Shown piece by piece: positions 37,297 through 48,401 of a DNA stretch of 64,000 bases; position 1 is the first letter of the stretch, and every line of letters begins with the position of its first letter. The position numbers and the translations under genes are program-made. The stretch spans positions 480,001-544,000 of the forward strand of contig CAXXSL010000016.1 in the NCBI GenBank assembly GCA_963675525.2. Reading direction: 5' to 3'. Source of the DNA: Anaerohalosphaeraceae bacterium (GTDB taxonomy: Bacteria > Planctomycetota > Phycisphaerae > Sedimentisphaerales > Anaerohalosphaeraceae). Below the pieces are notes generated by a model. The model did no database searches, was not told the DNA's origin, and worked only from the letters and a program-made list of their open reading frames with translations.

Positions 37297-37535
37297 TTAC
37301 ACGAACTGCTTCGACGATGAATCGCTCTGATATTCGTGGATTAGTTCACTCAGTGAACCAGTGCCGACATTTAAATTTTTCGTCGCAAGCCTTGCTTTCT
37401 TTATAACCGCCGCGTAAGCAGCTACCAATATTTTCCGTGGGGATTTGGGCATCGTGCTCATTCTCGATTCTATACAGGAATAAACACGGTGGCGTAAAAC
37501 TAAAATAAAAGATTTTCAACCTTTTCTACTGAGCC
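37297..37535 (-). mobile_element. Possible IS left-end remnant (terminal sequence plus transposase N-terminal stub)
   Basis: Minus strand begins GGCTCAGTAGAAAAG; 54-aa ORF 37461-37297 starts MSTMPKSPRKILVAAY, recalling planctomycete transposase N-termini (from memory). Confidence 0.3.
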
Positions 37536-37553
37536 GGTTTAAATTAATTACGA

Positions 37554-40500
37554 TCAATACGTACCCTGCATCCACCATCCGAGGAATATCAGCAGGTCAT
37601 CCATATTGATCTGACCATCCAAAACTAAATCCGTCGGACGCGGCGGATCGGGAATCTGGCTATAAGGGTCGCCTTCGGACAGCCACAGCATTTCGTCAGA
37701 ATTGAGTACCGCATCGTAAATTCGCACCTCGTCGATTTGACCGTCCCAACTCCGATCGCTTAATCTGCCGAGACGACTGCCGATATAGACAGGATCGCTT
37801 GAAGTCCTGAGTGCCGCCCCGCCGGTCGAAGCCGATGCGTCCAGTTGGCCGTCAACATACAGGCGGATCTGATCACTGCCGTTATAGACAGCCATCAGAT
37901 GGTGCCATTCGTTATCCAACACATTCGTCACGCCATTGGCTTGAAATTCAGCACCACCATCGGCCGGATTAAAATGAAATGCTATTTCGTTGCCAGTGCC
38001 CCAATTATTACGAATCAATCGCCATGCAGTAAGCCCCTTGGCAATAACACAGGCCCAGTCATTAGTTTGGCCGTTGCTTTTAATCCATGCTGAGATGGTG
38101 CAACCGCCGGTTAAGTTTATACCGGTACTACTGGCACAGTCTAAAGCACTGGCTCCGTCAAAATCAACCGATTGTCCGATATGACCCGGATTCACAAATG
38201 AAAGAGTTCCGCCTATCGCCGCGGCATTATGGTTTCCGGTCGCGTCGTCATAATTGCCGTCTAAAGAGTAGTATACGACTAAATTCACAGTTCCCGGATC
38301 GGTCGGTGTAACGGTTTCGATATAATTATCCTGCCACTGGCTTGCAATTTCCACAAAATCGTAATTGTTAACGACACAATCAGGTTGGCCTACAGGACCG
38401 CTGAAGTCGGAGCTATAGCCGCAACCAATACTCCTCATAAAAGTACAATCATCAGGATCTCCGGTGACGCTGAAATTCCAGACGCAACTGTCTTCACATT
38501 GATTCCCGCCGGAGGTACCGACCGCTACAATATCATTATCACCTGACCCAAGAACAACGCCTGAATCCCACTGGAAGATACAGTCGGCTCCGGTTTTCGT
38601 TCCCAGCGAAGCGCCATTAACAAAAAGCTCAACCGTATCACAGTTCGAGTAGATCCTGATATAGGGCGGACATTCATCAACCCGCGGCGTAAATCGTCTG
38701 CTGGTGATATAAACCATCGGTTCGGTCGTCCAATTGGCTTTATACCAATAAAACGAATCTTTTTTAACGGCGCGGTCCCGTGTGACCATACCCTTGTCAT
38801 TGAGTCCGGGCTGGCTTCCTTCATTGCGGCTGTCCACAGCAAAATCAAAACCGTTCCAGATCGTCTTGCACCACAGCCACGGACGTGCCTTCATGGCAAC
38901 CCAATAAACCTCATGATAATAGGATTGATATTCTTCGGGATGAAACGGGTCGGAAGGTCCCGGGTATACCGGCGGAACCTGATGCTGAAAAACGTTGGCA
39001 CCGGCGCCGTATTCGGTGATCCCGATCGCATCAGTGGGACGGCCGGCATGAATGCCGTCGGCCCACGGGGCAAAGCCTTCCGGACTGCTGCCGTACCAGC
39101 CCATGTATCGATTATACGCAAGCGTATCGGTAACATAAGACCAGGCGGCATAATCGCCGGTATTATTGTGCGCACACGTCGTCGGACGCGTCGGATCCTC
39201 CGCATGAGCCAGATCATTCAATTCCCCGATCAGGACTTCAGAGCCGCTGGTGGTCAGTTCATTATAGAGCAGCCAGAAAAAGACTGAGGGGTGATTGTAG
39301 TTCTGACGGATCAGTTCCCGGAGCTGGTCCTTGCAGTTATCCGCAAATGCCGTGGAAGAAGTATCGATGCTATCAACAATCGGAATTTCCGTCGAAATAA
39401 CGATTCCACTCTCATCGCAAAGGTCGTAGAACTTTTCGGCATGCTGATAGTGGCTCGGACGGATCCAGGTGCACCCCATCTCCAGCATTAGAGCATTGTC
39501 CTGCTCGCGGTCGGCATCGCTGATCGCCCGGCTCTTATCTCTCCTGTCTTCATGCATCGCAACGCCACGCAGGTCAAGATACGCACCGTTCAGGAAGAAG
39601 CCGTTGTCCGGATCCACGGAAAAATAACGAAACCCCAACGGCTGTTCGACCGAATCAACAACAACGCTGCCAACTTCCACTTCGGTAATGACTTTATACA
39701 GATACGGGTCAAGCCGGCCGTTCCACAAATGCGGATTGCTGATCGTGGTGTTCTGTGTGACCGTTTGAGTCGTACCGGCCGATATCCCCTGTGTCGTTGT
39801 CAGGGTGTCGATCAGCGTGTCAGCCGCATCGTATATCGTTGCCCGAACGGTTACTGACTGCATACTTGTTTCGGTATTTCGAACTTTTACTTTAACCTCA
39901 AGGTCAGCCGAGGACGCGCTGACATTGGTTGGCGTCAGATAAACACCGGGAGAGGCATAATCCAGCAAGGTGATATGAACCGGGTCGGTAATAATCACGT
40001 GAACCTTCCGGCAGATGCCGCCAACCTTATTGAAATCGCCGGATCGCGGTATGATATTGAGAGAGCTGACGGAGCTGGTACCGGCATTATCCGCCCTGAC
40101 TGCGATCACGTTGTCGGCGCCAAAGTTGACTTGATCGGTAATATCGTAACAGAACGCTGCATAGCCGCCCAGATGATTGCCCACTAGTGTGCCGTTGCAA
40201 TAGACATGGGCCTTTTGTCCAACGGATTCCAGAAACAAATAGATGCGCTTGCCGGAATACTGCGAACCGATGCTGATGTGTTTGCGATACCAGCCGAAAC
40301 CGCGTGCGTAATTGCTGCCTCCGTCCTGCCCGTCAAAGGCATTCCATGTATGGGGCAGGTCAACCGTGCTCCATGAGGAATCATTAAAACCGACAGCCTC
40401 GGCGCCAGTGCCGGCGCTGCTGCCATAATAAGAGAAACGCCATTGGTCATTAATGGATGTATCATCCACACGATTTGCCCATCCATAACCACTCAGCACT

Positions 40501-40568
40501 AAAACGGACAACAAAAAGAGGCCTGGCCCAAAACCGGAAATCTCTCGTTTTCTGCGGCTACACATCAA
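37554..40568 (-). CDS. Secreted GH2 (beta-galactosidase/glucuronidase-like) with LamG and dockerin-like modules
   Basis: VDLPHTWNAFDGQDGG, GWYRKH, RPSHYQH, HPSVFFWLLYNE, TEYGAG, NDKG.VT.DR; LamG GQIDEVRIY. Confidence 0.93.
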   Translation of the reverse strand: MMCSRRKREISGFGPGLFLLSVLVLSGYGWANRVDDTSINDQWRFSYYGSSAGTGAEAVGFNDSSWSTVDLPHTWNAFDGQDGGSNYARGFGWYRKHISIGSQYSGKRIYLFLESVGQKAHVYCNGTLVGNHLGGYAAFCYDITDQVNFGADNVIAVRADNAGTSSVSSLNIIPRSGDFNKVGGICRKVHVIITDPVHITLLDYASPGVYLTPTNVSASSADLEVKVKVRNTETSMQSVTVRATIYDAADTLIDTLTTTQGISAGTTQTVTQNTTISNPHLWNGRLDPYLYKVITEVEVGSVVVDSVEQPLGFRYFSVDPDNGFFLNGAYLDLRGVAMHEDRRDKSRAISDADREQDNALMLEMGCTWIRPSHYQHAEKFYDLCDESGIVISTEIPIVDSIDTSSTAFADNCKDQLRELIRQNYNHPSVFFWLLYNELTTSGSEVLIGELNDLAHAEDPTRPTTCAHNNTGDYAAWSYVTDTLAYNRYMGWYGSSPEGFAPWADGIHAGRPTDAIGITEYGAGANVFQHQVPPVYPGPSDPFHPEEYQSYYHEVYWVAMKARPWLWCKTIWNGFDFAVDSRNEGSQPGLNDKGMVTRDRAVKKDSFYWYKANWTTEPMVYITSRRFTPRVDECPPYIRIYSNCDTVELFVNGASLGTKTGADCIFQWDSGVVLGSGDNDIVAVGTSGGNQCEDSCVWNFSVTGDPDDCTFMRSIGCGYSSDFSGPVGQPDCVVNNYDFVEIASQWQDNYIETVTPTDPGTVNLVVYYSLDGNYDDATGNHNAAAIGGTLSFVNPGHIGQSVDFDGASALDCASSTGINLTGGCTISAWIKSNGQTNDWACVIAKGLTAWRLIRNNWGTGNEIAFHFNPADGGAEFQANGVTNVLDNEWHHLMAVYNGSDQIRLYVDGQLDASASTGGAALRTSSDPVYIGSRLGRLSDRSWDGQIDEVRIYDAVLNSDEMLWLSEGDPYSQIPDPPRPTDLVLDGQINMDDLLIFLGWWMQGTY

Positions 40569-40664
40569 TACATCCCCTTATATAAACATTCGACATCTTC
40601 GCCATCCAATACAATATATCAGATTCGGTTTTCGATCGGTTATTAGAAATATGTTTTTAAAAAA

Positions 40665-43186
40665 TTACGGCCAGTGCGTATCCTGTGTCCATTTTTCGAG
40701 AAATTTTAACAGATCAGCCAGATTAATCGTACCATCCAACACCAAATCGGTCGGACGCGGATCCGGAATCTGTGAATAGGTTCCCGCCTCGGCGAGAAAA
40801 AGCATATTAGCCGGAGTTAGAACGGTACTATAGATCCGCACATCGTCCATCAGGCCGTTAAAAGCTTCGCCGGGGGTACCATCACTCCCATTGTTTCCGA
40901 TATGAGCCTCGCCTGATTGTATGTCAGATAAGCCGGAGTAAGTTCCCGAAGATTTCAGCAAACCATTGACATAAACCTGATAATTTACACCATCCCAGGT
41001 CAATGCGGCATGTGTCCAATCTTCTGTCGGCAATGAATAGTTGTTGGTGCTTAGAAGATGCGTATTTCCCAACCCCGCATCCAGTTCGGTATTACCATTA
41101 TCCAAATAAAGCTGGATACGGTTACCCCATACAGGGATTGTCGTGTGGCCAAAAATATACCGCGTTGACGGTGATGACTGCGACCCTTCCGGACGAAGCC
41201 ACATCGCTACGGTGCCCGCCCCGGCCGATAATCCCGTTGTTGGGATTTCCATACGACTGCCGGTATTCAACGGTCCGGCAAAACGTACGGCACCGCCGTA
41301 TTTACCACTGAATTGCTCCCACGTTGTTCCACTTCGGAATCTTCCATTATAGGCTTGCGCAACAGAGTCATAAGCATAATCGTCAACGCTTACGTCTTCA
41401 AATGCCCAATATGCGGTCAAATCAGCCGTCCCGGGGTCAAGCGGCGTAACAGTTTCGGCATACTCATCCATCCACTGGGCGGCCATGACCGCAAAATCCA
41501 ACAGATTGATCTTACAATCCGAAACAAAATCTTCTTGCACTGTGACACACTGCCCCGAAAACAAGCGGATGTTGTCAATTCGGATCGTTCCCTGTCCTGT
41601 CGCAGAAGAAGCACCCGGCGTACCAACACCAATCGTCAGCTTACTGATCTGAGCCGGATTTATGCCTGTAAAGTCTGGCAACGGAAATGCCAACTCCATC
41701 CATTCCGCGGTTTGCACCACATTCGGTTCGGTCATAATCTGTATCGCAGAATCCATGTCGGCGTCTTCCAGACGCACGTACATTTGTTCGGCTGTATTTG
41801 CGGCATTGCCGCGTACCAGAACAGACAGATAATAAGCATTATTGGCCGTAAAATCTTTCGGTGAGGCAAACGTATAGGTTGTTTCTGAACGATACGGAGA
41901 CTGGTCGTTGTGATAGGTCAGTTCCATAAAGTTGTCGCCGTAGTCACCGAGCGCTACCTGAGATGAGGTACCGTTGGTGCTGCCGTCAGCCCAAGCCGCC
42001 TCTAAAGCGGCATCGTTTGTATACGATTCAAAATACTCAATGGAATTCGGGTCCTGACTCAATAGATACTTCTGTACTTCGCTGCCGGCCAGCAGATAGG
42101 CGCCCACACCGAAAACATCCGTTGTCGTAGCAGTGGTGCCCGTTGGGCCCGCACCCACAGGCTGAACCCAGCCTAACAGACCGCTGGGCTGTACCGCCAA
42201 CTTCAGGGCGTCCCAGCCGGCTTCAACCGTCGGCCAGTAAGTGGCGGCATCCAGATAACCATTGTTGATACCCCAGGCGATACGAAGGTAAAAAAGCCCG
42301 TACCGCTACTTTCCGGATTATCATAGCACGCAGGACCCAGCAGATCGGAATACCAATAGCCGTCAGGCTGCTGAATATCCCTGAGCTTGCCGGACAGTTC
42401 CTGCAGAAGGATAATATATCCCGGACGATTGGGGTCGTCCAACGGCAAATACTGAAGCGTCCGTGCTGTTCCGGCCAGCACCCAGCCGTTACCGCGAGAC
42501 CAGAACATCTTATCACCATTGCAATTTTGCGTGCCGGGATAGAAATAATTGATATCACGGAAAAACAGATGCTCTGTCGTATCATACAAACAGTCCTGTG
42601 TATCTTCCCACATCATATGCATGAAATTTGTATAAATCGGATCACCTGTTGCCCGGCTCAGCCGCACCAGTGCCGGCGGTGCCATGAACAACGCATCGCA
42701 CCACCACCAGTAGTCGCTACCGGTTCCACTACATGTATATTCCGGCCAAAGAGCGACATGATCATCGCTTTGGTCCTTAAAATCCTGATATCGAAACGAA
42801 TCCTGTTCGTCGAGAAAATATAATTCCTGATACGCCTGTGCGCAGGCCATGTTGTCAGCATGATTCGAAGAATTCCATCCAAGCTGCCAGTTGAATTTCT
42901 CGGCCCATTCGCGACATTTAATGAGATAGGTTTCGTCCTTCGTCGCCTCATAACAGGCCATCAGGCCGGCATGGAGAGCCCCTCGTTCCCAACTGACCGA
43001 ACTGTCCCATGAACTCTGTGTCAGTTGCCAGTCAGCCACTGTTTTCATCCAGTCGATCGTATCATTACTGATGTCCGAAGCCGGACGAACACCCGTCTGC
43101 CCAAAAACAGGAAAACTCATCACAAAAACAATCAGACAGAACAAAAACAGATGCAGATAAGTGTGTTTTTTCAAAACAATTCGCAT
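40665..43186 (-). pseudogene. GH105/GH88 unsaturated glycuronyl hydrolase with CBM-like, LamG and dockerin-like modules, split by a 1-bp frameshift near 42283
   Basis: HADN, WWWCDALFMAP, FWSRGNGW, ESSGTGFFTF, then the frame shifts to IAWGINNGYL..GWVQPVG. Track ORFs 42203-43210 and 40665-42200 are its two halves. Confidence 0.85.
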
Positions 43187-43272
43187 TATCCAAGAAACTC
43201 CTTGGCACATATATTGTTAAAAATAATCTACCACTTCAACTATCAGACACGCACGTCCTTTTTTATAATCGG

Positions 43273-45771
43273 TTATTGCGGACAATCCGAAGATGGAAGC
43301 AGGTAGCATTCCAGCCACTCGGAAGCCATCTCCACAAATTCATTGAGGTCCACTTTACAATCCGCCATCCCGTCAGGACCTGTGATGTCTAACGCCGGAT
43401 TCGCAACACAAACCTGCGTTTGCGGATCAATCCCGCTTTCCAGCCAATCATAGGAAGCAAAATAGACCAAATCATCCAGGTTAATCATACAGTCCCCTGT
43501 CAAATCGTATGGATTGACCTGATAACAGGAGCGGTTTTGGTCATAAAGCAACTGAATCGTTGCCTGATCCATCGCAAAACTGTAGATCCGCACCTCGTCA
43601 ATTTGACCTGTCCAGCCACGACCGGTAGGATTATCGCTGCGGCTGCCGATATAAACCCCGTCGGCATTGCTGCTGACTGCTTCAGGCGTTGCGACGAAAG
43701 CATCTAATTCGCCGTCAACATATAGTATAATGTTCTGGCCGTCATAAGTTGCCGCCAAGTGATGCCAGGTGTTATCCATAGCCGTGATACTACCATTGGC
43801 CTGATATTCATAACTGGGGGAATTGAAATGGAAGGCAATACCGTCTTTATTACCGGAACCGTATCCATTGCGGCACAGTCTCCAGGCCCAACGACCTTTT
43901 GTTATCACAGATGCCCAATCGGAAGTCTGTGATAAGGCTGATGCTTTAATCCAGGCTGTAATGGTGCCACCGTCATATAGCGTCAAACCTGAACTGTTCT
44001 GGCAATTCAGATAACTGCTGCCGTTTAAACTAATAGCCTGGCCGGAAAAAACACCCGTTGTGAAGCTCGGGCTGCCGACGGCCGATCCGTTATAGCCATT
44101 GCCGGTCACATCGTTATAATTACCTTCCATCGGCCAATAAGCAGTTAAATCCGCAATCACCAGACTCACCGTACTGGACGTTGCCGTGCCCGCTGAATTT
44201 GTAACAACACAATAATATTGGCCAATGTCTCCGCTTTGAACATTGCTAATTGTCAATATCCTGTTACTTCCAACAAGAGTGTCAGAGCCGCCTATATTTA
44301 CTTTATACCAGTCATACGACATCGTGAGGGGGCTGACTGCGTATACTTCAAACCTTGCGGTTTTACCCAGCGGCACACCGGCTGAAACCGGCTGCTCCCA
44401 AATCTCGGGCTCATTGGAAACGATCGGCTGCGGATCGAACAATCCAACAATATCCATGTTCCAATTGAGATAGGTTGTATAAGTTCCTCTGCACCACAAC
44501 AGAATCGTTCCGCCGTCCCATCGCGGGATGATCGGGCGAATATTGTCCTGGGTTGAATTTTTCGTAATATATTCCCATTGCCAACTGGCACCCATATCGG
44601 TCGTGGTGCCTTTGAATAATTCATAGTGGCGCTGTCCGTCGGCCGTACTGATCAAGGGGTCTCCCGTCACCGGATGCACATCCGCTGAAATGTACAGGAC
44701 ATCAGGATCGCTCGGATCCAGGGCCACTAACCCGGTATAGTCATCCTCGGCTGAATACAAAGCACTGCCCGCATAAGCGATCTCATTGACATGCCACTGG
44801 ATGCCGTCCCAGCGGGCGTACCCATACCGTAAATCATACATGCTCGCATTCATCTGAATAGAGAAGGCAAAATAGGGATAGCCATTAGCATCCAGATCAA
44901 TATCGGTTGTCCAGGCTACATTATTGACACCGCCCTGGTAGATCTTTTCCAATGACGTCGGAGCAATGCCGCCGGTGGCTGTATCGTGCAGCCAGGTTCC
45001 GTCCGCTTTGTAAAGATCTCCCTGATAAAGATAACCGTAATAAATGCTGTTGCTGTAATTACGCGGATGGGCTTCGGTGGTGATGAAATGGATTTTGTCC
45101 ACATCATTGGACGTATATTTCACATAGGGCCGTGTCCCGCCGGTTCCGATAGCGATCAGACGCCCATCCGTCGCAACACCGGAAAGCCCATAGCTCCAGG
45201 TCTGTCCGTTGTTGTCCGACGTGAGAAAATTCGGATTGTAATTTTCCCCTCGATAAAAATCATAAATTCGTCCGCCTTCGGCACTGAGACGATAGACATT
45301 CGAATACGTCACCCCCGCTCCGGCCAGGTACGTAATTTCAGTCGCCCAACTGGTTGCATCATTCGGATTGGTCGTGGTCCGGTGCCGCATATAGGAATCG
45401 TTGCCATGCGTGGCATACACTGCCAGTATCCGATCATCCGGCAAGGGCAAGAATGCTGGTGCAGCATGATCGTCGGAATTGAAATTCGCATGAAGTACAA
45501 AAGGAGCCGACAGGACACCCGTGTTAATATCGTATTGAACAACCTCCACATTGCCATCGCGTGTGGCGCCGCCGGTACCCGATGCATCCGCCACTGAACC
45601 GATGATCAGCTTGTCGTTATGAACGATCGCCCGTTCATCCTGAAACCAGCACCACACACCATTGTCATTAAACACGATCGGTTCTGCTGCATGGGCCAAT
45701 GCGGAAAAAAGACAAATCGAAAGATATATTGATAGTTTTAAAAAAGATAAATTGTGACATTTATTTTTCAT
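43273..45771 (-). CDS. Secreted BNR_4-type beta-propeller protein with Ig, LamG and dockerin-like modules
   Basis: NGVWCWFQDERA, DDHAAP, TYSN, RPYVKY, EAHPR; Ig YYCVVTNSAG; LamG; twin DxTGDC..INxxD...WL. Confidence 0.85.
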   Translation of the reverse strand: MKNKCHNLSFLKLSIYLSICLFSALAHAAEPIVFNDNGVWCWFQDERAIVHNDKLIIGSVADASGTGGATRDGNVEVVQYDINTGVLSAPFVLHANFNSDDHAAPAFLPLPDDRILAVYATHGNDSYMRHRTTTNPNDATSWATEITYLAGAGVTYSNVYRLSAEGGRIYDFYRGENYNPNFLTSDNNGQTWSYGLSGVATDGRLIAIGTGGTRPYVKYTSNDVDKIHFITTEAHPRNYSNSIYYGYLYQGDLYKADGTWLHDTATGGIAPTSLEKIYQGGVNNVAWTTDIDLDANGYPYFAFSIQMNASMYDLRYGYARWDGIQWHVNEIAYAGSALYSAEDDYTGLVALDPSDPDVLYISADVHPVTGDPLISTADGQRHYELFKGTTTDMGASWQWEYITKNSTQDNIRPIIPRWDGGTILLWCRGTYTTYLNWNMDIVGLFDPQPIVSNEPEIWEQPVSAGVPLGKTARFEVYAVSPLTMSYDWYKVNIGGSDTLVGSNRILTISNVQSGDIGQYYCVVTNSAGTATSSTVSLVIADLTAYWPMEGNYNDVTGNGYNGSAVGSPSFTTGVFSGQAISLNGSSYLNCQNSSGLTLYDGGTITAWIKASALSQTSDWASVITKGRWAWRLCRNGYGSGNKDGIAFHFNSPSYEYQANGSITAMDNTWHHLAATYDGQNIILYVDGELDAFVATPEAVSSNADGVYIGSRSDNPTGRGWTGQIDEVRIYSFAMDQATIQLLYDQNRSCYQVNPYDLTGDCMINLDDLVYFASYDWLESGIDPQTQVCVANPALDITGPDGMADCKVDLNEFVEMASEWLECYLLPSSDCPQ

Positions 45772-45815
45772 CGTCGTTCTTGCGACCCCTATTATTAATA
45801 GATACTCATTTTTAG

Positions 45816-45850
45816 AAAAAGACCGGGGTCTCACGAGGAGGCCCCGGTTT
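45816..45850 (-). terminator. Intrinsic terminator/attenuator inside the cluster
   Basis: ACCGGGG/CCCCGGT stem followed by a T-run on the minus strand. Confidence 0.7.
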
Positions 45851-45886
45851 CCAATTCAAATACACATCAACCTCTTGACAAGCACT

Positions 45887-48145
45887 TTAGTAAGAAGCAG
45901 GTGCCGTCAGTTTGATGTCATCCAGCCACTGAGCTGCGAACGCCGCAAAATCAACAATATCCACATCACAGTCACTATCGGAGTCATAGAGGTTATAACT
46001 GGCACCATTGGCGATTGCCGCGGCACATGCATCGGCATACACATGAATCTGATAGACAGCAGTATTAGATGCCTGCGCACCCAGCGAGCCGTCAATATCC
46101 GTTATAACTAACTCAACCTCATAATCACCAGGCGCGTCGCCGACAACGGTCGCTTCGGGATGATATGGATTAGCTGAGATGTCGGTAAGGACGAGATTAG
46201 GGTCGCCCACCGTAACTGTCCAGGCAATGCTGGTAAGATCGATATCGGCTTCACCGAAGTCGTTCACATCAGCCCATATCGTAGCCGGCTCACCAGCCCA
46301 GGTGCGCACCCAATCCCAGTCTTGAATAGCCGGCACCTTGTCTGCAGTCAGCGTCGTAAAGAGGATGGTTTTCCCGGTATAGGTGATACCGTCAATAACC
46401 GTATCTACACGCCACAGACAGTACTGGTCAAAATCGATACCCTCGGCAATGGAGTGAGATGCGGCTGCAATACCCTTCGAGATCCCACTCGCCGCAACGT
46501 ATGACGCAATATCGGGATTCGAGCCGTCACCGTTGCCAATGTAATAATACAGGACCTGATCGTCACCGCTTGCGCCGTCAAAGTTCGGATCGTTCGTCGG
46601 CGTCCAACTGAGATTAATCGGTGTTGAAGGAACGACATCAGCGCCATCCGGGGCCTGGTCGGTCACGCCGTGAATCATCAGATAACCCGTATAGAGGTGG
46701 ACATCGTCAAATCGCACCCAACCGCCAGTATCGTCGGCATTCAGGTAGATACCAATCTTTTTATCGGCATCAGAGGCTGTTGCGGTATAACTCACAGAGC
46801 CCGCATACCACGGGGCCGCATCCTCTAAATGGTTGATGGGGAATGTGGTGACATTTGACGCAAGCAGAAAATTGGGATCATCATTTGCAACAACACTCAT
46901 CATCATTTGATCACAGTACCAACGCGGCTTGAACTGCGCTGTGAACGTATACTCTATTCCTTCAACCATATTGGCATCGGCAATGTTGTATATATTAGGA
47001 TCAACACTATTTAAGGCACCGTGCCAGCCATCGCCGTCAGCACTGTCACCGGTACCGCCGCCGCCGGTTCCACCGTCGACCGTACCGGGTGCTATGGCGG
47101 TCCAGCCCGGGATATCGTCTCCTGACTCACCGTCCCAACCGGGATTGATATTAACTAACCCTGGCAGAGCTAGATCGCCGTTGAGTACAGTTTCTTCAGT
47201 GTCGAATAGAAAGTAGCTTATCGGATCTTCGACGAGCTCCGGTACATAGACACTTAAAATCCCCGTGCTTTCATCAAACTGATACGTCGTGCCATTGGCA
47301 TCTTTCTGCCATGCGCCGTCGCCCATATCGGTAAAGCCGGTCACCGCGAAGGTCGCACCATAGGTTACATTCGATGCGGTAACGATCGCCCAGCTGTCTC
47401 CGGGGATTGTGCCTGCACCGGTCAGATCAAAGTTAAATTCGCCATTGAAGACGACCGAGGCACCAGCTCCGGAAACGCTGTTGTTGACGCCGCTGGCACC
47501 AATTACGAAATTCAGAACCGCATTCGGGTCCGGCGCCGTTCCCGCCGCCAAAGTAAAGCCACAGTTGTTGTTAACGGAACCACCAACAACAATGTTGCCT
47601 GTGAAAGAACTGTCCGGCGAATAAAAGGTCACCACGCTAGAAGAAGAACTGTCGCCTCCCGAAATGGTAATCGTACCACTGCCGCTGATATCGGATAAGA
47701 CATTGATCCGGCCCTGTTTGGGGTAGAGTCGCCCACCATTCGCCGTTACTGTGACCGTCCCGTCAAGTGTTAAGAAGTCCGCGGCAGGGTTGTTGGCGGT
47801 CGAAATCAAGCCACCGTCCAGGATCAGGGTGTTGACGGTAATGATCCCGGTAGACCCCGAACCTTTGTACATAAAACCGTCACCATAGGGCGTGGTATTA
47901 TTGATGGTGAGGGAATCGCCGGCAAACGTGTGGCTGGCACTGTCCGGCGGTGTGCGGAGTCGCGTACCACCGGGCACAAAGTAATTGTTTCCAGCCGAAG
48001 GGGCCGATCCGCTATCCCAGAGACCCGCAGTGTTGAACGATGAAGTACCTATTGCGTCGATGCCCGTAAGGGTAACTGTGGCGGCCATTACCTGAGCCTG
48101 AACACCTAACAAACCAATTACCAATAAAATTCCTAATTTTCTCAT
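45887..48145 (-). CDS. Secreted multidomain protein; N-terminal ~290 aa paralogous to PEP-CTERM 48402-49340; C-terminal dockerin-like module
   Basis: Shared TFAGDSLTINNTTPYGDGFMYKG, RLYPKQG, LNFVIGASGVNN; ends YDSDSDCDVDIVDFAAFAAQWLD. Confidence 0.88.
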   Translation of the reverse strand: MRKLGILLVIGLLGVQAQVMAATVTLTGIDAIGTSSFNTAGLWDSGSAPSAGNNYFVPGGTRLRTPPDSASHTFAGDSLTINNTTPYGDGFMYKGSGSTGIITVNTLILDGGLISTANNPAADFLTLDGTVTVTANGGRLYPKQGRINVLSDISGSGTITISGGDSSSSSVVTFYSPDSSFTGNIVVGGSVNNNCGFTLAAGTAPDPNAVLNFVIGASGVNNSVSGAGASVVFNGEFNFDLTGAGTIPGDSWAIVTASNVTYGATFAVTGFTDMGDGAWQKDANGTTYQFDESTGILSVYVPELVEDPISYFLFDTEETVLNGDLALPGLVNINPGWDGESGDDIPGWTAIAPGTVDGGTGGGGTGDSADGDGWHGALNSVDPNIYNIADANMVEGIEYTFTAQFKPRWYCDQMMMSVVANDDPNFLLASNVTTFPINHLEDAAPWYAGSVSYTATASDADKKIGIYLNADDTGGWVRFDDVHLYTGYLMIHGVTDQAPDGADVVPSTPINLSWTPTNDPNFDGASGDDQVLYYYIGNGDGSNPDIASYVAASGISKGIAAASHSIAEGIDFDQYCLWRVDTVIDGITYTGKTILFTTLTADKVPAIQDWDWVRTWAGEPATIWADVNDFGEADIDLTSIAWTVTVGDPNLVLTDISANPYHPEATVVGDAPGDYEVELVITDIDGSLGAQASNTAVYQIHVYADACAAAIANGASYNLYDSDSDCDVDIVDFAAFAAQWLDDIKLTAPASY

Positions 48146-48290
48146 GATCGTTTCCTTTCACATTAATACATAAACAATTATAGATTAAACGATAATACGC
48201 TATTGGGTTATTCAATCGGCAGTTAAGTATAAATCCTTGATAATATCATTTAATATAGAGCCTTATTGCCGTACATATTTGTCGTCCGAT

Positions 48291-48328
48291 AAAACGGACC
48301 GCCACCATGTTGACCGATGGCGGTCCGT
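48291..48328 (-). terminator. Hairpin/terminator between the PEP-CTERM gene and its long paralog
   Basis: ACGGACCGCCA/TGGCGGTCCGT stem followed by TTT on the minus strand. Confidence 0.7.
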
Positions 48329-48401
48329 CGCACTCATTTGATTTACATTTTAAACAATAAAACTTTACGCATCCGTGCATTAATGTACTTCCCGTCACCG
48401 C

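Noticed and set aside
42291..42296. Phase variation or programmed frameshift at the T6 run in GH105
   Set aside because: The run is short, and the protein alignment places the missing base after TTC, outside the run.
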